NCBI RefSeq assembly: GCF_004010195.1
Contig: NC_057719.1
Location: 61,085,365-61,149,364, forward strand
DNA: 64,000 nt
Source of the DNA: Chiloscyllium plagiosum
Lineage: Eukaryota
Reading direction: 5' to 3'
Shown in pieces: positions 37,715 to 50,700 of the stretch. The position numbers were made by a program, and so were the translations under genes. Numbering within the stretch: the stretch's first letter is position 1; every line of letters starts with the position of its first letter. A model generated the notes under the pieces. It searched no databases. It worked only from the letters and a program-made list of their open reading frames with translations, and was not told where the DNA came from.

Positions 37715-37990
37715 AGAGTCATAGAGGAGTACAGCATGGAAACAGCCCCTACATTCTAACTCGTCCATGCTGACCAGATATCCCAATACAATCTAGTCCC
37801 ACCTGCCAGTACCCAGCCCATACATATCCCTCCAAACCCTGCCTCCGCCACTTCCTCTGGCAGTCCATTCCACACATGCACCACTCTCTGCATGAAAACG
37901 TAGCCCCTTAGGTCTCTTTTATATTTTTCCTCTCTCACCCTAAATCTATGCCCTCTAGTTCTGGACTCCCCCGTCCCAGGGTAAAGACCT
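37715..37990 (-). mobile_element. CR1 3' fragment
   Basis: 'KYKRDLRGYVFMQRVVHVWNGLPEEV' and gagtcatagag tail. Confidence 0.9.
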
Positions 37991-38829
37991 TAGGAATAGG
38001 TTTTTCTTTACAGCCAGTGAGACACAGAGACTTCCTTTGCCATTTTAGAGATTGAAGACCTCCTGGACCACACTTTGTTTGGCACCTTTCCCAATTGTGC
38101 TGCCACAGGTGACCTACCAGGAGCAAGAGGTCTCCAACACTGCAACTGAAAAGATTGTTGGAGCACGCAATGTGACCACCAAAGTCACAATTCACAGAGT
38201 GAATCACATACCCATGTTTTTTGAAGAGCAGAATGCACACAACGTTTGTAACGCAAGCTAATTTTAATGACTGCAGACAGGCTAAATATATTTCTATTTG
38301 CTGTATTTCTCATCATCGGGCCCACATTTATGCAAGATTAGCATCTACACTAGTTAAACCTAGCCACTATCTTTTAAAGAAGAGGCACATTTTGACTGCA
38401 ACAGGTGATGAAAGTGACTGGGGACATGTTTAACCTGCAACAGTAAAAGTTAAACGAAGAGGAGTGTATGCTTCAAGGTGATTTAACTTTGGAAGAGAAT
38501 AGGAAGACAAAGTCGCCTATCCATAAGGTGCAGAAGATATATCAGATAGACACTGGTGTATCCCAAAGGTCAAGGTCAAACAGTGGATTCAGATGACCAC
38601 TTTGATGGAATGACCTACAGAAAAAGGCTTTCACAAAGGCTTGATACATTTGAAGATTTTGTCACACCTCAGTAGGGTAGCATGCTGGAAATAAAGTTCT
38701 GCTATTCCTAAAATTACCACAAAAGTTGAAGATTTTATCAAAGTATGCAAAATTATTTTTAGAATCAAGTTAAAAGGAAGCATAAATCAAGTTTCCTTTA
38801 TTAAGAAAAAATATGATTTATTACAAGAT

Positions 38830-39725
38830 CAGGTCAGAGCCAAGGAATACTGTAGTTAGTAACTCACTTTTGACTTCACAAAGCCTGTCCACCATCTACA
38901 AGGTACAAGTCAGGAGTGTGATGGAATATTTCTCACTTGCCTTAATGGGTACAACTTTAACAACACTCAAGAAGCTTGACACCATCCTGGACAAAGGAGC
39001 CACACATCCACAAGCATTCACTCCCTCCACCACCGATGCAAAGTCACAGCAATGTGTACTGTTCATAAAAGGCTCTGTAGCAATTCACCAAAGATCCTTA
39101 AACAACACCTTCCAAATCGATAACCACTTCCATTTAGAAGGACAAGGGCAGCAGATACGTGGGAACAGGGTTACCTGCAAGTTCCCCTCCAAATGAACCT
39201 GCAGGTAGGGGCGGCACAGTGGCTAGCGGTTAGCACTGCTGCCTCACAGCACCAGGGTCCCAGGTTCGATTCCATCCTTGGGTGACTGTCTGTGTGGAGT
39301 TTGCACATTCTCCCTGTGTCTGTGTGGGTTTCCTCCGGGTGCTCCAGTTTCTTCCCACAGTCCAAAGATGTACAGATTAAGTGAATTGGCCATGCTGAAT
39401 TGCCCATAGTATTAGGTGCTTTAGTCAGTGGTAAATGTAGGGAAATAGGTCTGGGTGGGTTGCTCTTCGGAGGGTCGGTGTAGACTTGTTGGGTCGAAGG
39501 GCCTGTTTCCACACTATAGGGAATCTAATCTAATCAAACCATTCCCCCTCCTGGCTTGGGTATTGCTGGGTCAAAATCCTGAATTCCCTCATTATAGGTC
39601 CACCTCCAACATGTAGGCTGCAGTGGTTTAAGAAGACACCTCTTCACAACCTTCTGCCAAAAGCAGCTAAGAACAGACAATAAATGCTAGCCAGCCAGCA
39701 ATGCCAACGTCACACAAGATAATAA
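38830..39725 (+). mobile_element. 3' part of the second CR1-like LINE family with a nested V-SINE
   Basis: 'LTSQSLSTIYKVQVRSVMEY' and the family tail after 39540. Confidence 0.8.
39207..39535 (+). mobile_element. V-SINE (HE1-like), full length
   Basis: ggggcggcacagtggctagcggttagc head, V-domain and (aatct)n tail. Confidence 0.92.
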
Positions 39726-40492
39726 AACAAAGTAGATTCGAGCTACAGGTAAACAACTATGGACTGATGACAATTAACTATTATTTAAAACTCTAATGTC
39801 CTAATAAAATTTCCCCTACACATACATACAGATAGACATAGGCAGACAAAAAGAACTTGGAGGCAGTTCAATGCCCTCTGTCCACAGATTTCACTGAGAT
39901 GATCCTTTTGCTTGCTTCCAGGACATGCTGTTCTTCAATCTTTCTTCTCCAGGTAATTCTCACATCCTTTCTTGGTTAACAGCAACAGCTAACAGCAACT
40001 GGTGGAAAATTCTTGTGGCGCGGAGGTAGTGTCCTTATCTTAGAAACCTGGGTTCAAGCAGCACCTGCCCCAGAGGTACGTCATAATATGCCTGGACAGG
40101 TGGATTAAAAAATGTCCACAGCAATTGGTGGGAGAGGTTAACTGACTTTCTTCAAGGATCGATTGCAGATATTCACCACTTCTCGAGGTCTCAATATTTC
40201 TAGCCATATTGTTCACACCTACAAGTTGTTCCTCTACCCATTGTTGACATCAGCTGTCATTGTTGACATCAAATGTCATCAGCTGGCCAAACTCCACAAA
40301 TCAATCAGCTCTTTCTTGATTGCTGAATCTCACTCTGTACAGACCATCTGGTGTCAGTCTATCTGTATCATACTCCACACTTATTGAACAATCAAATAGA
40401 CTAAACACTAATTAGAATGAGTTTTCTAACTTGCTTTAAAAAGTGCAGCAATTCTTTCCAGAGTTGCTTGAGGTTGTCTTGTAATTCATTTG

Positions 40493-40635
40493 CTGAAAAA
40501 TGTGTTGCTGGAAAAGCCCTTCTTATGCCCGAAAAAAAAATTCTCCTGCTCCTTGGATACTGCCTGACCTGCTGCGCTTTTCCAGCAGCACATTTTTCAG
40601 CTCTGATCTCCAGCATCTGCAGTCCTCACTTTCTC
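40493..40635. mobile_element. Short inverted PLE-derived element with 15-bp TSD
   Basis: TSD cttgtaattcatttg at 40478-40492 and 40636-40650. Inverted ends gctgaaaaatgtgttgctggaaaagc / gcttttccagcagcacatttttcagc. Confidence 0.85.
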
Positions 40636-41899
40636 CTTGTAATTCATTTGGCAAACTCCTCCACTGAAAGTCAACAGCCCTTTGCCCACTATGCTGCAAT
40701 CCATGGATAAGTACTGTATAGAAAAACTCAGCTTGCACAAGACAGGTACCATCACTCTTGGCTGCAATGCTGTATGGTATGTTCCATAACATTGGTTTTG
40801 TGCAGCTGTTTTGTGGTAATAGTTAATTCAGTGTTGTGGCTAAGAGGACACTGTAATGGTCCATGTCAGTGAGGGGTGCAAAATTGTTTTCGATGTGGTT
40901 AACCAACCTCTTCAGAAATGTTATGACATGAGTCTTTTTTCACTGAGGGGCAAGAGTGTAGGCAGCAGCAAGAGATCAACACTCAGACATTCAACATGAC
41001 TGACTTGAGGGATCCAGCCCGTGGCCAGTCATGGAGCTGGCAAAACTCGAGAGCGGACAAGGTGAGGGTTGGCCTCTTCCTGAGCTCCATGTTGACCTAG
41101 GTCGCTGGGCCCGACTGAGCTCTGAGAGAATAAACACTCTTTAATTCATGATTTCTAATACCCAGTCCTCCGAAAGGATCTCATTTTCTGTGATATTTTT
41201 ATGTTCGTTTTCATAGCATTGCTTCTTCTAGCATTAAAAAGGCAGACAGTGGGAGCAGTGCACTTTAATTTATGACTTTTATGCTTATTTGGGCTTAAAT
41301 AACCAACCATATGCCACCCACCCACCCCCAGACATCACTTGCATTTGCTGCAAAGTGAGCACAAAGGTTTCTTATATATTGAGTCCCCAATTCCAGGCAC
41401 AGTTATAAATTGCATTGGAGCAGCTATAACCAGAGCAGGTCATTCAAACCATCTGTTTTGCTGTGTTTGCATCACTGCACTCAATCCCATAGAATTGTCA
41501 TTGTCCAAAATGTCTCTGCATTTAGAAATACTGAATGATTCTTGTTTTTTCTTTGCAGGTTCTGCCTACAAGTCCTCTTCTGAACCCATTGTCTGAGTTC
41601 ACCTGTGTGTGTTGTATTATTTTATGCAATTCATCAGATGCAACTTCTAAGTTTCAGCCTGTACAGACAACTAAAAGATGAACTCCAGTATGAATTAGAT
41701 GTGTCAGTTTGTGGGTGCCCAGGTTTCAGATTATTCCCTGTTTGCTTTCTTATCTGTGTGTTGCATCTTGTTTAAGAAATGGGTTCTGGAGTATGCCATT
41801 AACCATGAGAACCTGCTCCAGCTTTTGACAAAAAGGTTCCAGCTTTTGACAAAAACTGATCTACCTGAAGTCCGTCCATCTGCACTATCTCCATAAATG

Positions 41900-42400
41900 T
41901 CTAATTTCCTTACTGGCTAAAAATCTGTTGACTCCTCTCTTGAAAATCGACAGTTCTCTGTAGTGTCTTGAAAATCTACAGTTCTCAGTCGTAAAGAATT
42001 TCAAGTGTACATTTATTTTCAGCAAATTTCTTCGGATCCTATCCTAAATTACTGATTTATTATTGACTTATTCTGAGATTTGTGATACTGTGTTCTAAAT
42101 TCCCCAGCCAAGGGAAATGTTTTCTTGGCTTCAACCTGCCCAACCTTGAAGAATGTTCTCTTCCAATTAGACTGCTTCTCATTTTAATTTTTCTAAACTC
42201 CAAGACATGTAGACAGACTCATTCTTTCTTTGGAAAAACTACTCACTTCTTATAGAGCAAGTTTGTCCCTTCTTTGGTAAGGGGACCAAAGTGGCACCCA
42301 CTACTCCAATGGTGATTTCATCTAGGCTCTGTATAATTGTAAGACTACAATCGTCTGGTACCCCAAACCAGAGAAATGCTAACATACCATTTGTCTCTTG
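41900..42400 (-). mobile_element. Very old CR1 relic
   Basis: Minus-strand 'ETNGMLAFL' and a tggtccccttacc...aagga remnant. Confidence 0.45.
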
Positions 42401-42649
42401 GAAATATAAACTGACATGTTTGTAAAGTCTGACTAGTTTTGAAATTTCACTTTTAGTGTCATGAATCATGTGAAAACTGATGCAGTGGTTAAAAAAAAAA
42501 GACCTTCATCCAGCATGTGGGCAAATTTCTTGTTGGAATTTTCCTTCAAATAAAATGTGGAGCTGCATATTGGCTCTCATAAGATCAGTTCAGTAATCAT
42601 GGCCTCAAAGTTAATCAGGATTTTCATCATGGAAGATATTCCTCAAATG

Positions 42650-42982
42650 GGCCTTACAGAGGTTTATAAAATCATGACGGGCATAGATAGAGTGAAAAGT
42701 CAAGGTTTTTTACCTTGGGTGGGGAGTCCAAAACTAGAGGGCATAAGTTTAAAGTGAGAGGAGCAAGATTTTAAAAAGAACATGAATGGTGTGTTATGGA
42801 ACAAACTGTCAGAGGAAGTGGTGGAGGTGGGTACAATTACAACATGTCATGGGTATATGAATAGGAAGGGTTTCGAGGGATATAAATGCTGGCAAATGGG
42901 ACTAGGCTGGATGGGATCCCTGGTCGGCATAGGTGAGTTGAACCAATGGGTCTGTTTCCGTGCTGTATAACTCTATGACTCT
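42650..42982 (+). mobile_element. CR1 3' fragment
   Basis: 'LTEVYKIMTGIDRV', 'WNKLSEEVVEVG' and ctctatgactct tail. Confidence 0.88.
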
Positions 42983-43844
42983 GGGGCAAATGGGATTTGA
43001 ATCCAAGTCTTGGCATGAGGAATTCAGGCTATATTCACCAGTACTGTAGGTGGATCTGATGATCACTTGGCCTGGCTGAAAATGGGATTTGTTGGCTGCC
43101 TTCTAACCTCTTCCCCAGTATTTTCTTGCTGGCTGCTGGTTTCAAGGACTGTGACCTCACAATGGCATCCAACTACAATGAACTGAGATTTTCATTTCAG
43201 TGATTCTTGAAGTGCTTCTTCATATTAATCCAGCAGCGAGATATTTTTTGGGTGCCCTAATGAAAGGTGTGCGTTATGATGTTTTGTGTGGCAGCATAGT
43301 TCACATTATATACCCGCTGGTCATGTGTGGTTAGATTACACACCAGTGTCATCTGCCAGATGGTCTACAGATAGCCCAAGCCTCTCAGCAGTCATCTTCT
43401 ACTGGCTCAACACTGAGGGAATACAGTCAATGATGCAGCATAAATGTATGGTTATTGTCACATTATGTGTATATAAGGAAGTATACATTATCACATCAGT
43501 CACAACATCAGGTACATGTAACAAATCCAATATAGAAATTGACATATCGAAGTTGAAATGGTGTATTAGAGCATAATTTCTGCATCAATTATTCATTAAG
43601 CTCCTTTTAGGTATACTTCCAAATCAAACAGGTGAACAGCATTAAGGGCAAGACAACATAAAATCCATTTTATTTAGATCGCATAATATTGAATGAGACT
43701 GGCAATTTATGTCAGAAATCAATCAACTGAAATTCTTTTAATTGAACAAAATTACAGTAATATTAAATAAGCAGCGAAATATAGTGATAAATACCGCTGT
43801 AACAAAGGCAGTTTAATTTGGACAATTCTGTTTTTTTTAAAATT

Positions 43845-44165
43845 CATTCATGGGATTAGGAGGTTGCTGGCTATTTATTGCCTATTCCTGAACTACCCAG
43901 AGAACAGTTAAGAGTCAACCACATTGATGTGAGCCTGGAGTTATCTGTCAGCTAGACAGGTAAGGATAGCAGTTATAGGACACTAGTGAACCAGACTGGT
44001 TTTTCCTGACAATCAATAATGGATTTATGGTCATCATTAGTTTCTTCATCCCAGACTTTTAGTAGATTTACTTCCACCAAGTGTCGTAGTGGGATTTGAA
44101 GTCAGGTCCCCAGAATATTATCAGGGTCTCTAGATTAGCAGTCCAGTGATAATACCACTAGGCTT
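43845..44165 (-). mobile_element. tRNA-derived SINE (same family as 34470-34800)
   Basis: Reverse complement: gcctagtggtattatcactggactgctaatc...ttcaaatccc head, shared body, and tail cccatgaatgaat plus poly(A). Confidence 0.75.
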
Positions 44166-44654
44166 CCCCCTCCCCTGTACAAAGCCAGTTCTTAAAGGTA
44201 ACAGCTACCCTGTCAAATTATGAAAAATAGGAATACCTAAATATTTTATTTTAATTTATTTTTCTTATCAACCTGTTCAGAGATGTAATTACACACCTCT
44301 GCAGCAGGTCGGACATGAACCTGAGTCTCCAGATCTAGGTGTAGGGACAATACCACTGCACCACAAGAAGTCCCCTGGAGTAAGATTTACAGATTACAAA
44401 ATAGCCTATTTCTTCCAATGGAACCACAACAAAGACACTGGATGTATCTGAGTTATTGTCCTCTTCTGGGATACTCTGGTAACTCAATTTCTTATGTAAG
44501 AAATTGATTTTTGTATTCATAAAATACTTACTAAATATTTGATTATGATATAATTATAAATGTTAAACATTTTACACAACAGAATTTTTTAAGTTTTGCA
44601 ATTAATTTGAACCACAATGTGGTTTATAAACCAGAAGAAACATATAATATAACA

Positions 44655-44827
44655 AAATTGCAACATTTAAGAGGCATTTGGATGGGTATATGAATAGGAA
44701 GGATTTGGAGGGATATGGGCCGGGTGCTGGTAGGTGGGACCAGATTGGGTTGGGATATCTGGTCGGCATGGACAGGTTAGACCGAAGGGTCTGTTTCCAT
44801 GCTGTACATCTCTATGACTATGACTCT
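44655..44827 (+). mobile_element. CR1 3' tail
   Basis: gcatttggatgggtatatgaatagg...ctctatgactatgactct. Confidence 0.88.
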
Positions 44828-45025
44828 AAATACAGAAATAGCTGGATAAGCTCAGCAGGTCAGGCAGCATCTGTGAAGAGAAATCAAAGTTAATGTTTTG
44901 GGTCTGATGACCCTACCTCAGTCACCAGACCTGAAATGCTAACTCTGATATCTCTTCACAGATGCTGTCATAACTGCTGAGCTTTTCCAACAATTTATGT
45001 TTTTGATTCTGATTTACAGCATTGG
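44828..45025. mobile_element. Fold-back PLE-derived element (decayed)
   Basis: Inverted arms aagctcagcaggtcaggcagcatctgtgaagag / ctcttcacagatgctgtcataactgctgagctt. Confidence 0.75.
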
Positions 45026-45261
45026 CAGTTCTTTTCATTTATATTTTAATATAACGCATGTAATTGATCTACTGAACATGGTTCTTAATGTGCAGCAAAT
45101 TGCAATGAGATTCAATCAAGATAACCTCAACTTGTTATTTAAGTCTGGTTCAATACAGGATATTAACAAGGGTTTCTCAATCATCAGTTTTCTCTCATTA
45201 TAGCTCTGCTGCTTTAACAACCAAGAATGTACCCTTACTGACCAGCGCTGAGTCATGCAAT

Positions 45262-46677
45262 GTGATCGTTAGCTGTCTTCCTGTTTGTCCTATGTCGCAT
45301 TTTGTGCAGTCCTTGCATGGGATTTTGTACACTACGTTGGTTTTGCTCATGCTGGGTATCGGGTCCTTCGTTCTGGTGAGTTGTTGTCTGAGAGTGGCTG
45401 TTGGTTTGTGTGCTGTTATGAGTCCTAGTGGTCGCAGTAGCCTGGCTGTCAGTTCGGAAATGCTCTTGATGTATGGTAGTGTGGCTAGTCCTTTGGGTTG
45501 CGGCATGACCTCGTTCCGTTGTCTTTCCCTTAGGCATCTGTTGATCGTTTGGTGTTCTCTGTACCATCACGTCTAGGAATGGGAGTTGGTTGTCCATTTT
45601 TTCCTCTCCAGTGAATCGGATTCCTGTGAGTGTGGCGTTGATGATCCGGTGTGTGTTCTCTATTTCTGTGTTTTTAATGATTACAAAGGTGTCATCCACA
45701 TATCTGACCCAGAGTTTGGGTTGAATTTGCGGTAAGACTGTTTGTTCTAATCTTTGCATTACAGTTTCTGCTATGAGTCCAGAGATGGGTGAGTCCATGG
45801 GTGTGCCGTTGGTTTGTTCATATATTTGGTTGTTGAATGTGAAGTGTGTTGTGAGGCACATGTCCAGTAGTTTAAGTATACCGTCTTTGTTGATAGGTTC
45901 CCCGGCTTGTTGTCTGTTCTGTATGTCCAGCAGGTTGGCTATTGTTTGTTATGGCGAGGGTTTTGTCGATAGAGGTGAACAGTGCCGTTACATCGAATGA
46001 GATCACAGTTACTTCCATGTCTATGTGTATACTTCTGATGATGTCCAAGAATTCCTGTGTTGACTGTATAGAGTGTCTGGATCCGCTGATCAGGTGTTTC
46101 AGTTTCTGCTCTAGTTCTTTAGCCAGTTTGTGTGATGGTGTTCCTGGTAGTGATACTATGGGTCTGAGTGGGATGTCTGGTTTGTGCACTTTAGGTAGTC
46201 CATAGAATCTGCAGTGTTGTTGCTTTCAGGTTTCATTCTTTGTAGGTCAAACCTGGTTATCTGTCCGTTTTTTTTGTAGGTTCCTCAGTGTGTTGTTTAT
46301 CCTATTGATGAGCTGTGGGGTGGGGTCAAACTCCCTCTTTTGGTAGGTGTTGGTATCCGCAAGTAGTTGTTGCGCTTTTTGGATGTAGTCTGCTTTGTCC
46401 AGGATGACCGTCATTCTGTCTTTGTCTGCTGGTCGTATGATTATGTTCTTATCGTTTCTTAGTGATTTTAGTGCTTCCCTCTCCTTGATGTTGAGGTTAT
46501 GTGTTTGTCTTTTCCTTGTTATCAGAGGTACGATACTTTGTCTCACTGTTTGTTGTGTCTCTTCTGTCAGTCCATTGTTCCTGAGTGTGCATTCGAATGC
46601 TGCTAGGACGTGTGCTGTCTTGGCGCCCCTGTGGTTGTAGTTGAGTCCCTTGGCCAGTATTGTTCTTTCGGAGAATT
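45262..46677 (-). mobile_element. Penelope-like element, inverted segment: RT and start of GIY-YIG endonuclease (frameshifted)
   Basis: ORFs with 'HKPDIPLRPIVS', 'SFDVTALFTSI', 'GTPMDSPISG', 'WVRYVDDTF' and 'NVVYKIPCKDC..IGQTGR'. Confidence 0.95.
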
Positions 46678-47165
46678 CATCCCATGCAAGGACTGTACAA
46701 AACACTACATAGGACAAACAGGAAGACAGCTAACGATCCGCATCCATGAACACCAACTAGCCACGAAACGACACGACCAGCTATCCTTAGTAGCCACACA
46801 CGCAGATGACAAGCAACATGAATTCGACTGGGACAACACTACTATTATAGGACAAGCCAAACAGAGAACAGCCAGGGAATTCCTAGAGTCACGGCACTCA
46901 TCCACAGATTCAATCAATAAGCACATCGACCTGGACCCTATATACCAACCACTGCAGCGGACAGCTGGAACTGACAACCGGAAGCGGCAGATTCAAACCA
47001 CTATAAATGCGGGAGGAAACGTCACAGAAGCGCTTCACAGGAGGCTCCCAAGCACTGAGGATGTCACCTAGACAGGGGACGAAACGTCTGCAACACAAAT
47101 TCCCAGCTCGGCGAACAGAACCACAACAACAAGCACCCAAGCTACAAATCTTCTCACAAACTTTA
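46678..47165 (+). mobile_element. Penelope-like element, forward 3' segment: GIY-YIG C-terminus and terminal repeat
   Basis: 'IPCKDCTKHYIGQTGRQLTIRIHEH...REFLES..S..SIN'. Confidence 0.95.
47052..47091 (+). ncRNA. Minimal type I hammerhead ribozyme motif (intact core)
   Basis: GCA-CUGAGGA-U-GUCACC-UAGACA-GGGGAC-GAAA-C-GUC^UGC. Helix I GCA/UGC. Predicted cleavage after 47088. Confidence 0.82.
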
Positions 47166-47214
47166 AATCACTACATCACCAGGACAAGTGGATGATGACC
47201 TGGAGTGTGAGGAG

Positions 47215-48650
47215 AGAAGAGGCAAAACAGTAAGTGTTACAACTCCTGAGAATGCACAGAAAGGTACCATGGGACAAGGATGAGGTATTTGTTGGTGTGG
47301 TGATAGAGGAATGAACCAGGATGTTGCAGAGAGAAGGGTCTCTTTAAGGGGATAGGCAGGGGATAGGCAGACACGAATGGCAGAGAATAATCTTTTGAAT
47401 CAGGAGGTGGTAGGATGGAAAGTAAGAATAAGGGCAACACCATTACGGTTCTGGAAGGGAGGGACAAGGGTGAGGGAAGGAGTGCAGAAAATGAGTATGA
47501 TACATTTGAGAACCCTGACAATCACTGTGGGGGAGATCCATGTATGAGGAGAAATGGAGACATGTCAGAAGCCATTGCAGAGACAGAAATGGAGAAACTG
47601 AGAGAATGGAATGAAATCCTTACAGGAAACAGGATGCAAGTAATAGTACAAATGAACATAAGAAACAGGAGCAGGAGTAGGCTATCTGGCCCATCGAGCC
47701 CCCTCCGCCATTCAATGATCATGGCTGATCTTTTCATGGACTCAGCTCTACTTACCCACACATATCCCTTACTTTCTTTATTGTTCAAAAATATTTTAGC
47801 TTTAAAAACGTTTTCTGAAGTAACGTCAACTACTTCACTGCGCAAGAAATTCCATAAACTTACAACCCTCTGGGTGAAGAAGTTCCTTCTCAATTCAGTC
47901 CTAAATCTGCCCTCTTGTCCTAGTTTCACCTCCCAGTGGAAACATCCTCTCTATCCTATCTATTCCCTTCATAATTTTATATGTTTCAATAAGATTCCCC
48001 CCTCATTCTTCAAAATTCCAATGAATATAATCCCAGTCTACTCAGTCTCTCCTCAAAGCCAACTCCCTCAACTCCAGAATCAACCTAGCGAACCTCCTCT
48101 GCACCCCTTCTAGTGCTAGTACATCCTTTCTCAAGTAGAGAGACCAAAACTGCATGCAGTATTCCAGGTGTGGTCTCACCAGCATCCTGCACAGCTGCAA
48201 CATAACCTCCCTGCTTTTAAACTCAATCCCTTTAGTAATGAAGGACAAAATTCCATTTGCCTTCCCAATCACTTGTTGTACCTGCAGACCAACCATCTGT
48301 GATCAGCCCTCTGTAGATTAGACTGTGGGAGGTGGTGGGTTTGTACTGAATATTAGTAAAACAATCTATCCCCCAAAATGGAGATAAAGACATCAAGAAA
48401 GAGAATGGAAGAGTCAAAACTGATCAGATGAAGGCGAGATATGGTTGGAAATCTGATGCTAAATGTACTAATTATTACAGTTCTAGATGACATCTGGAAG
48501 CAATACCAAGACTAACATCAATGTACCAGATAAAGTATTGTAGCAGAGAGTGTAGGATAGACTGAAACAAGGGATATTCCATAAATCCCACAAAGAGAGA
48601 GAGAGGCATAACTGGGACCCATCTGAGTACCCTTAAATACATCTTTTATT
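47215..48650 (-). mobile_element. Old PLE relic interrupted by a CR1
   Basis: Minus-strand remnants 'YKPTTSHS.L.Y' (~48320-48350) and PLE linker sequence similar to 56150-56500. Confidence 0.55.
47655..48300 (-). mobile_element. CR1 3' fragment
   Basis: 'LVRPHLEYCMQFWSLYLRKD' and 'RRNFFTQRVVSLWNFL'. Confidence 0.9.
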
Positions 48651-48659
48651 TCGAAGAAC

Positions 48660-50700
48660 CTGCATAAGTATGTTGACAATGTCTAGCTCTACTTCACCAC
48701 AACCTCTCTCAATCATTGTTGCTAAATTATCAAACTGCATTTCCAAAGCCCAGTACTAAATGAGCATACATTTATTCTAATTCAGTATTAAGACCATCAA
48801 AACATTTGACTTGGACTTCTGCTACAAACAATTCCCTCACCCTGGATGTGATCTATACAGGAATCAGTAAGGCGTTCGACAAGATTCCCCATGGGAGAGT
48901 GGTTAGCAAGGTTAGATCTCATGGAATACAGGGAGAACTAGCCATTTGGAAACAGAATTGGCTTGAAGGTAGAGGACAGAGAGTGGTGGTGGAGCGTTGC
49001 TTTTCAGACTGGAGAGTGTCCAGTGGAGTGGAGTGTCACAAGGATAGTTGCTGAGTCCACTACTTTTTGCCATTTATATAAATGATTTGGATGTGAGCAT
49101 AACAGATATAGTTAGTAAGTTTGTCGATGACACCAAAATTGGATGTGTAGTGGATAGCGAAGAAGGTTACCTCAGATTACAGTGGGATCTTGATAAAATG
49201 GGTCAATGGGCTGAGAAGTGGCAGATGGAGTTTGATTTAGATAAATGCGAGGTGATGCATTTTGGGAAAGCAAATCTTAGCAGGACTTATACACTTAATG
49301 GTAAGGTCCTGGGGAGTGTTGCTGAACAAAGAGACCTTGGAATGCAGGTTCATTGCTCCTTGAAAGTGGAGTCGCAGATAGGTGGGATAGTGAAGAAGAC
49401 ATTTGGTATGCTTTCCTTTATTGGTCAGAGTATTGAGTACAGGAATTGGTTGCAGCTGTACAGGACATTGGTTAGGCCACTTTTGGAATATTGCGTGCAA
49501 TTCTGATCTATTGGAAGGATGTTGTCAAACTTGAAAGGGTTCAGAAAAGATTTACAAGAATATTGCCAGAGTTGGAGGATTTGAGCTATAGGGAGAGGTT
49601 GAATAGGTTGCAGCTGTTTTGCCTGGAGCGTCAGAGGCTGAGGGGTGACCTTTCGAGGTTTATAAAATCATGAGGGGCATAGATAGGATAAATAGACAAA
49701 GTCTCTTCCCTTGGGTGAGGGAGTCCAGAACTAGAGGGCATAAGGTTTAGGGTGAGAGGGGAATGATATAAAAGAGAGCTAAGGGGCAACGTTTTCACGC
49801 AGAGGGTGGTGTGTGTATGGAATGAGCTGCCAGAGGAAGTGGTGGATGCTAGTACAATTGCAACATTTAAAAGGCATCTGGATGGGTATATGAATAGGAA
49901 GGGTTTCGAGAGATATGGGATAGGTGCTGGCAGGTGGGACTAGATTGGGTTGGGATATCTGGTTGGCATGGATGCGTTGGACCAAAGGACTGTACATCTC
50001 TAAGACTCTTTGACTCTATCCCTCTCTTTGAGAGCTGATCTGAAGTGAACTAAACTGTATTGTGACCTTGCTATCATTTTTGTCATCACCAAGACACACT
50101 ATTTCCTCTATGTAGCATTTTGCAACTCTGCGCCTTCCTTAGCTGAAAGCTTCACCCATGTTTGTTGCATCTAAACTTTGCCAGCCTCTCACATTCTCTT
50201 TGCTTATTTTTTGTCACCCAAAACTCTGCTGTGCATATCCTTACTCACACCTTGCTCAACACCCTTATATTTGCTGACCCATCATCCTCCTCATTAAGCG
50301 ATGTTCAATTGAAATGAAAATTATTACCTGTGCTTTCAAATGTCTTGGTGTTATTGCTTTTCTTATCTCTGTAACCTCCTACAGTCATGAAATCATTTCA
50401 AATAAGTGTGCTCCTTTAATTCTAACCTCTTGAGCATTCTTGATTTTACTTGTTCCATCAGCTGTCAGCTTTCAGCTGACAAGAGTTGAACCTCCACAAC
50501 TTCACCTCAAAATCTCTCCATCTTTATATCAGGCTTTCATCCTTTAAGATATTTCCAAAATCCCACTTCTTTGACCAAATTTTTGATCAAGTGCCCAAAT
50601 CTCATTATATTGTTCAGTTTTGTGTTTTGCATTATAATGTTCCTTTAAAACCCCTTGAACCATTTTATTGAATTAAAATGCTACATAAATATAATACAGT
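48660..50700 (+). mobile_element. Old L2-type LINE 3' relic split by the CR1 at 48843-50020
   Basis: 'YVDNV*LYFTT' (YADD-like) on the left. On the right, L2-type remnants such as gctgaaagcttcacccatg and cccacttctttgaccaa, and an atgctacataaat tail. Confidence 0.55.
48843..50020 (+). mobile_element. 5'-truncated CR1 LINE
   Basis: 'DVIYTGISKAFDKIPHGR', 'FVDDTKIG', 'LVRPLLEYCVQF' and CR1 tail. Confidence 0.95.

Noticed and set aside
41817..41855. Short direct repeats (also 22177-22220 and 51130-51220)
   Set aside because: Two to three units with no spacer pattern. Ordinary slippage duplications, not CRISPR-like arrays.
47415..48113. 232-aa plus-strand ORF
   Set aside because: Antisense read-through across a PLE relic and a CR1 3' end.
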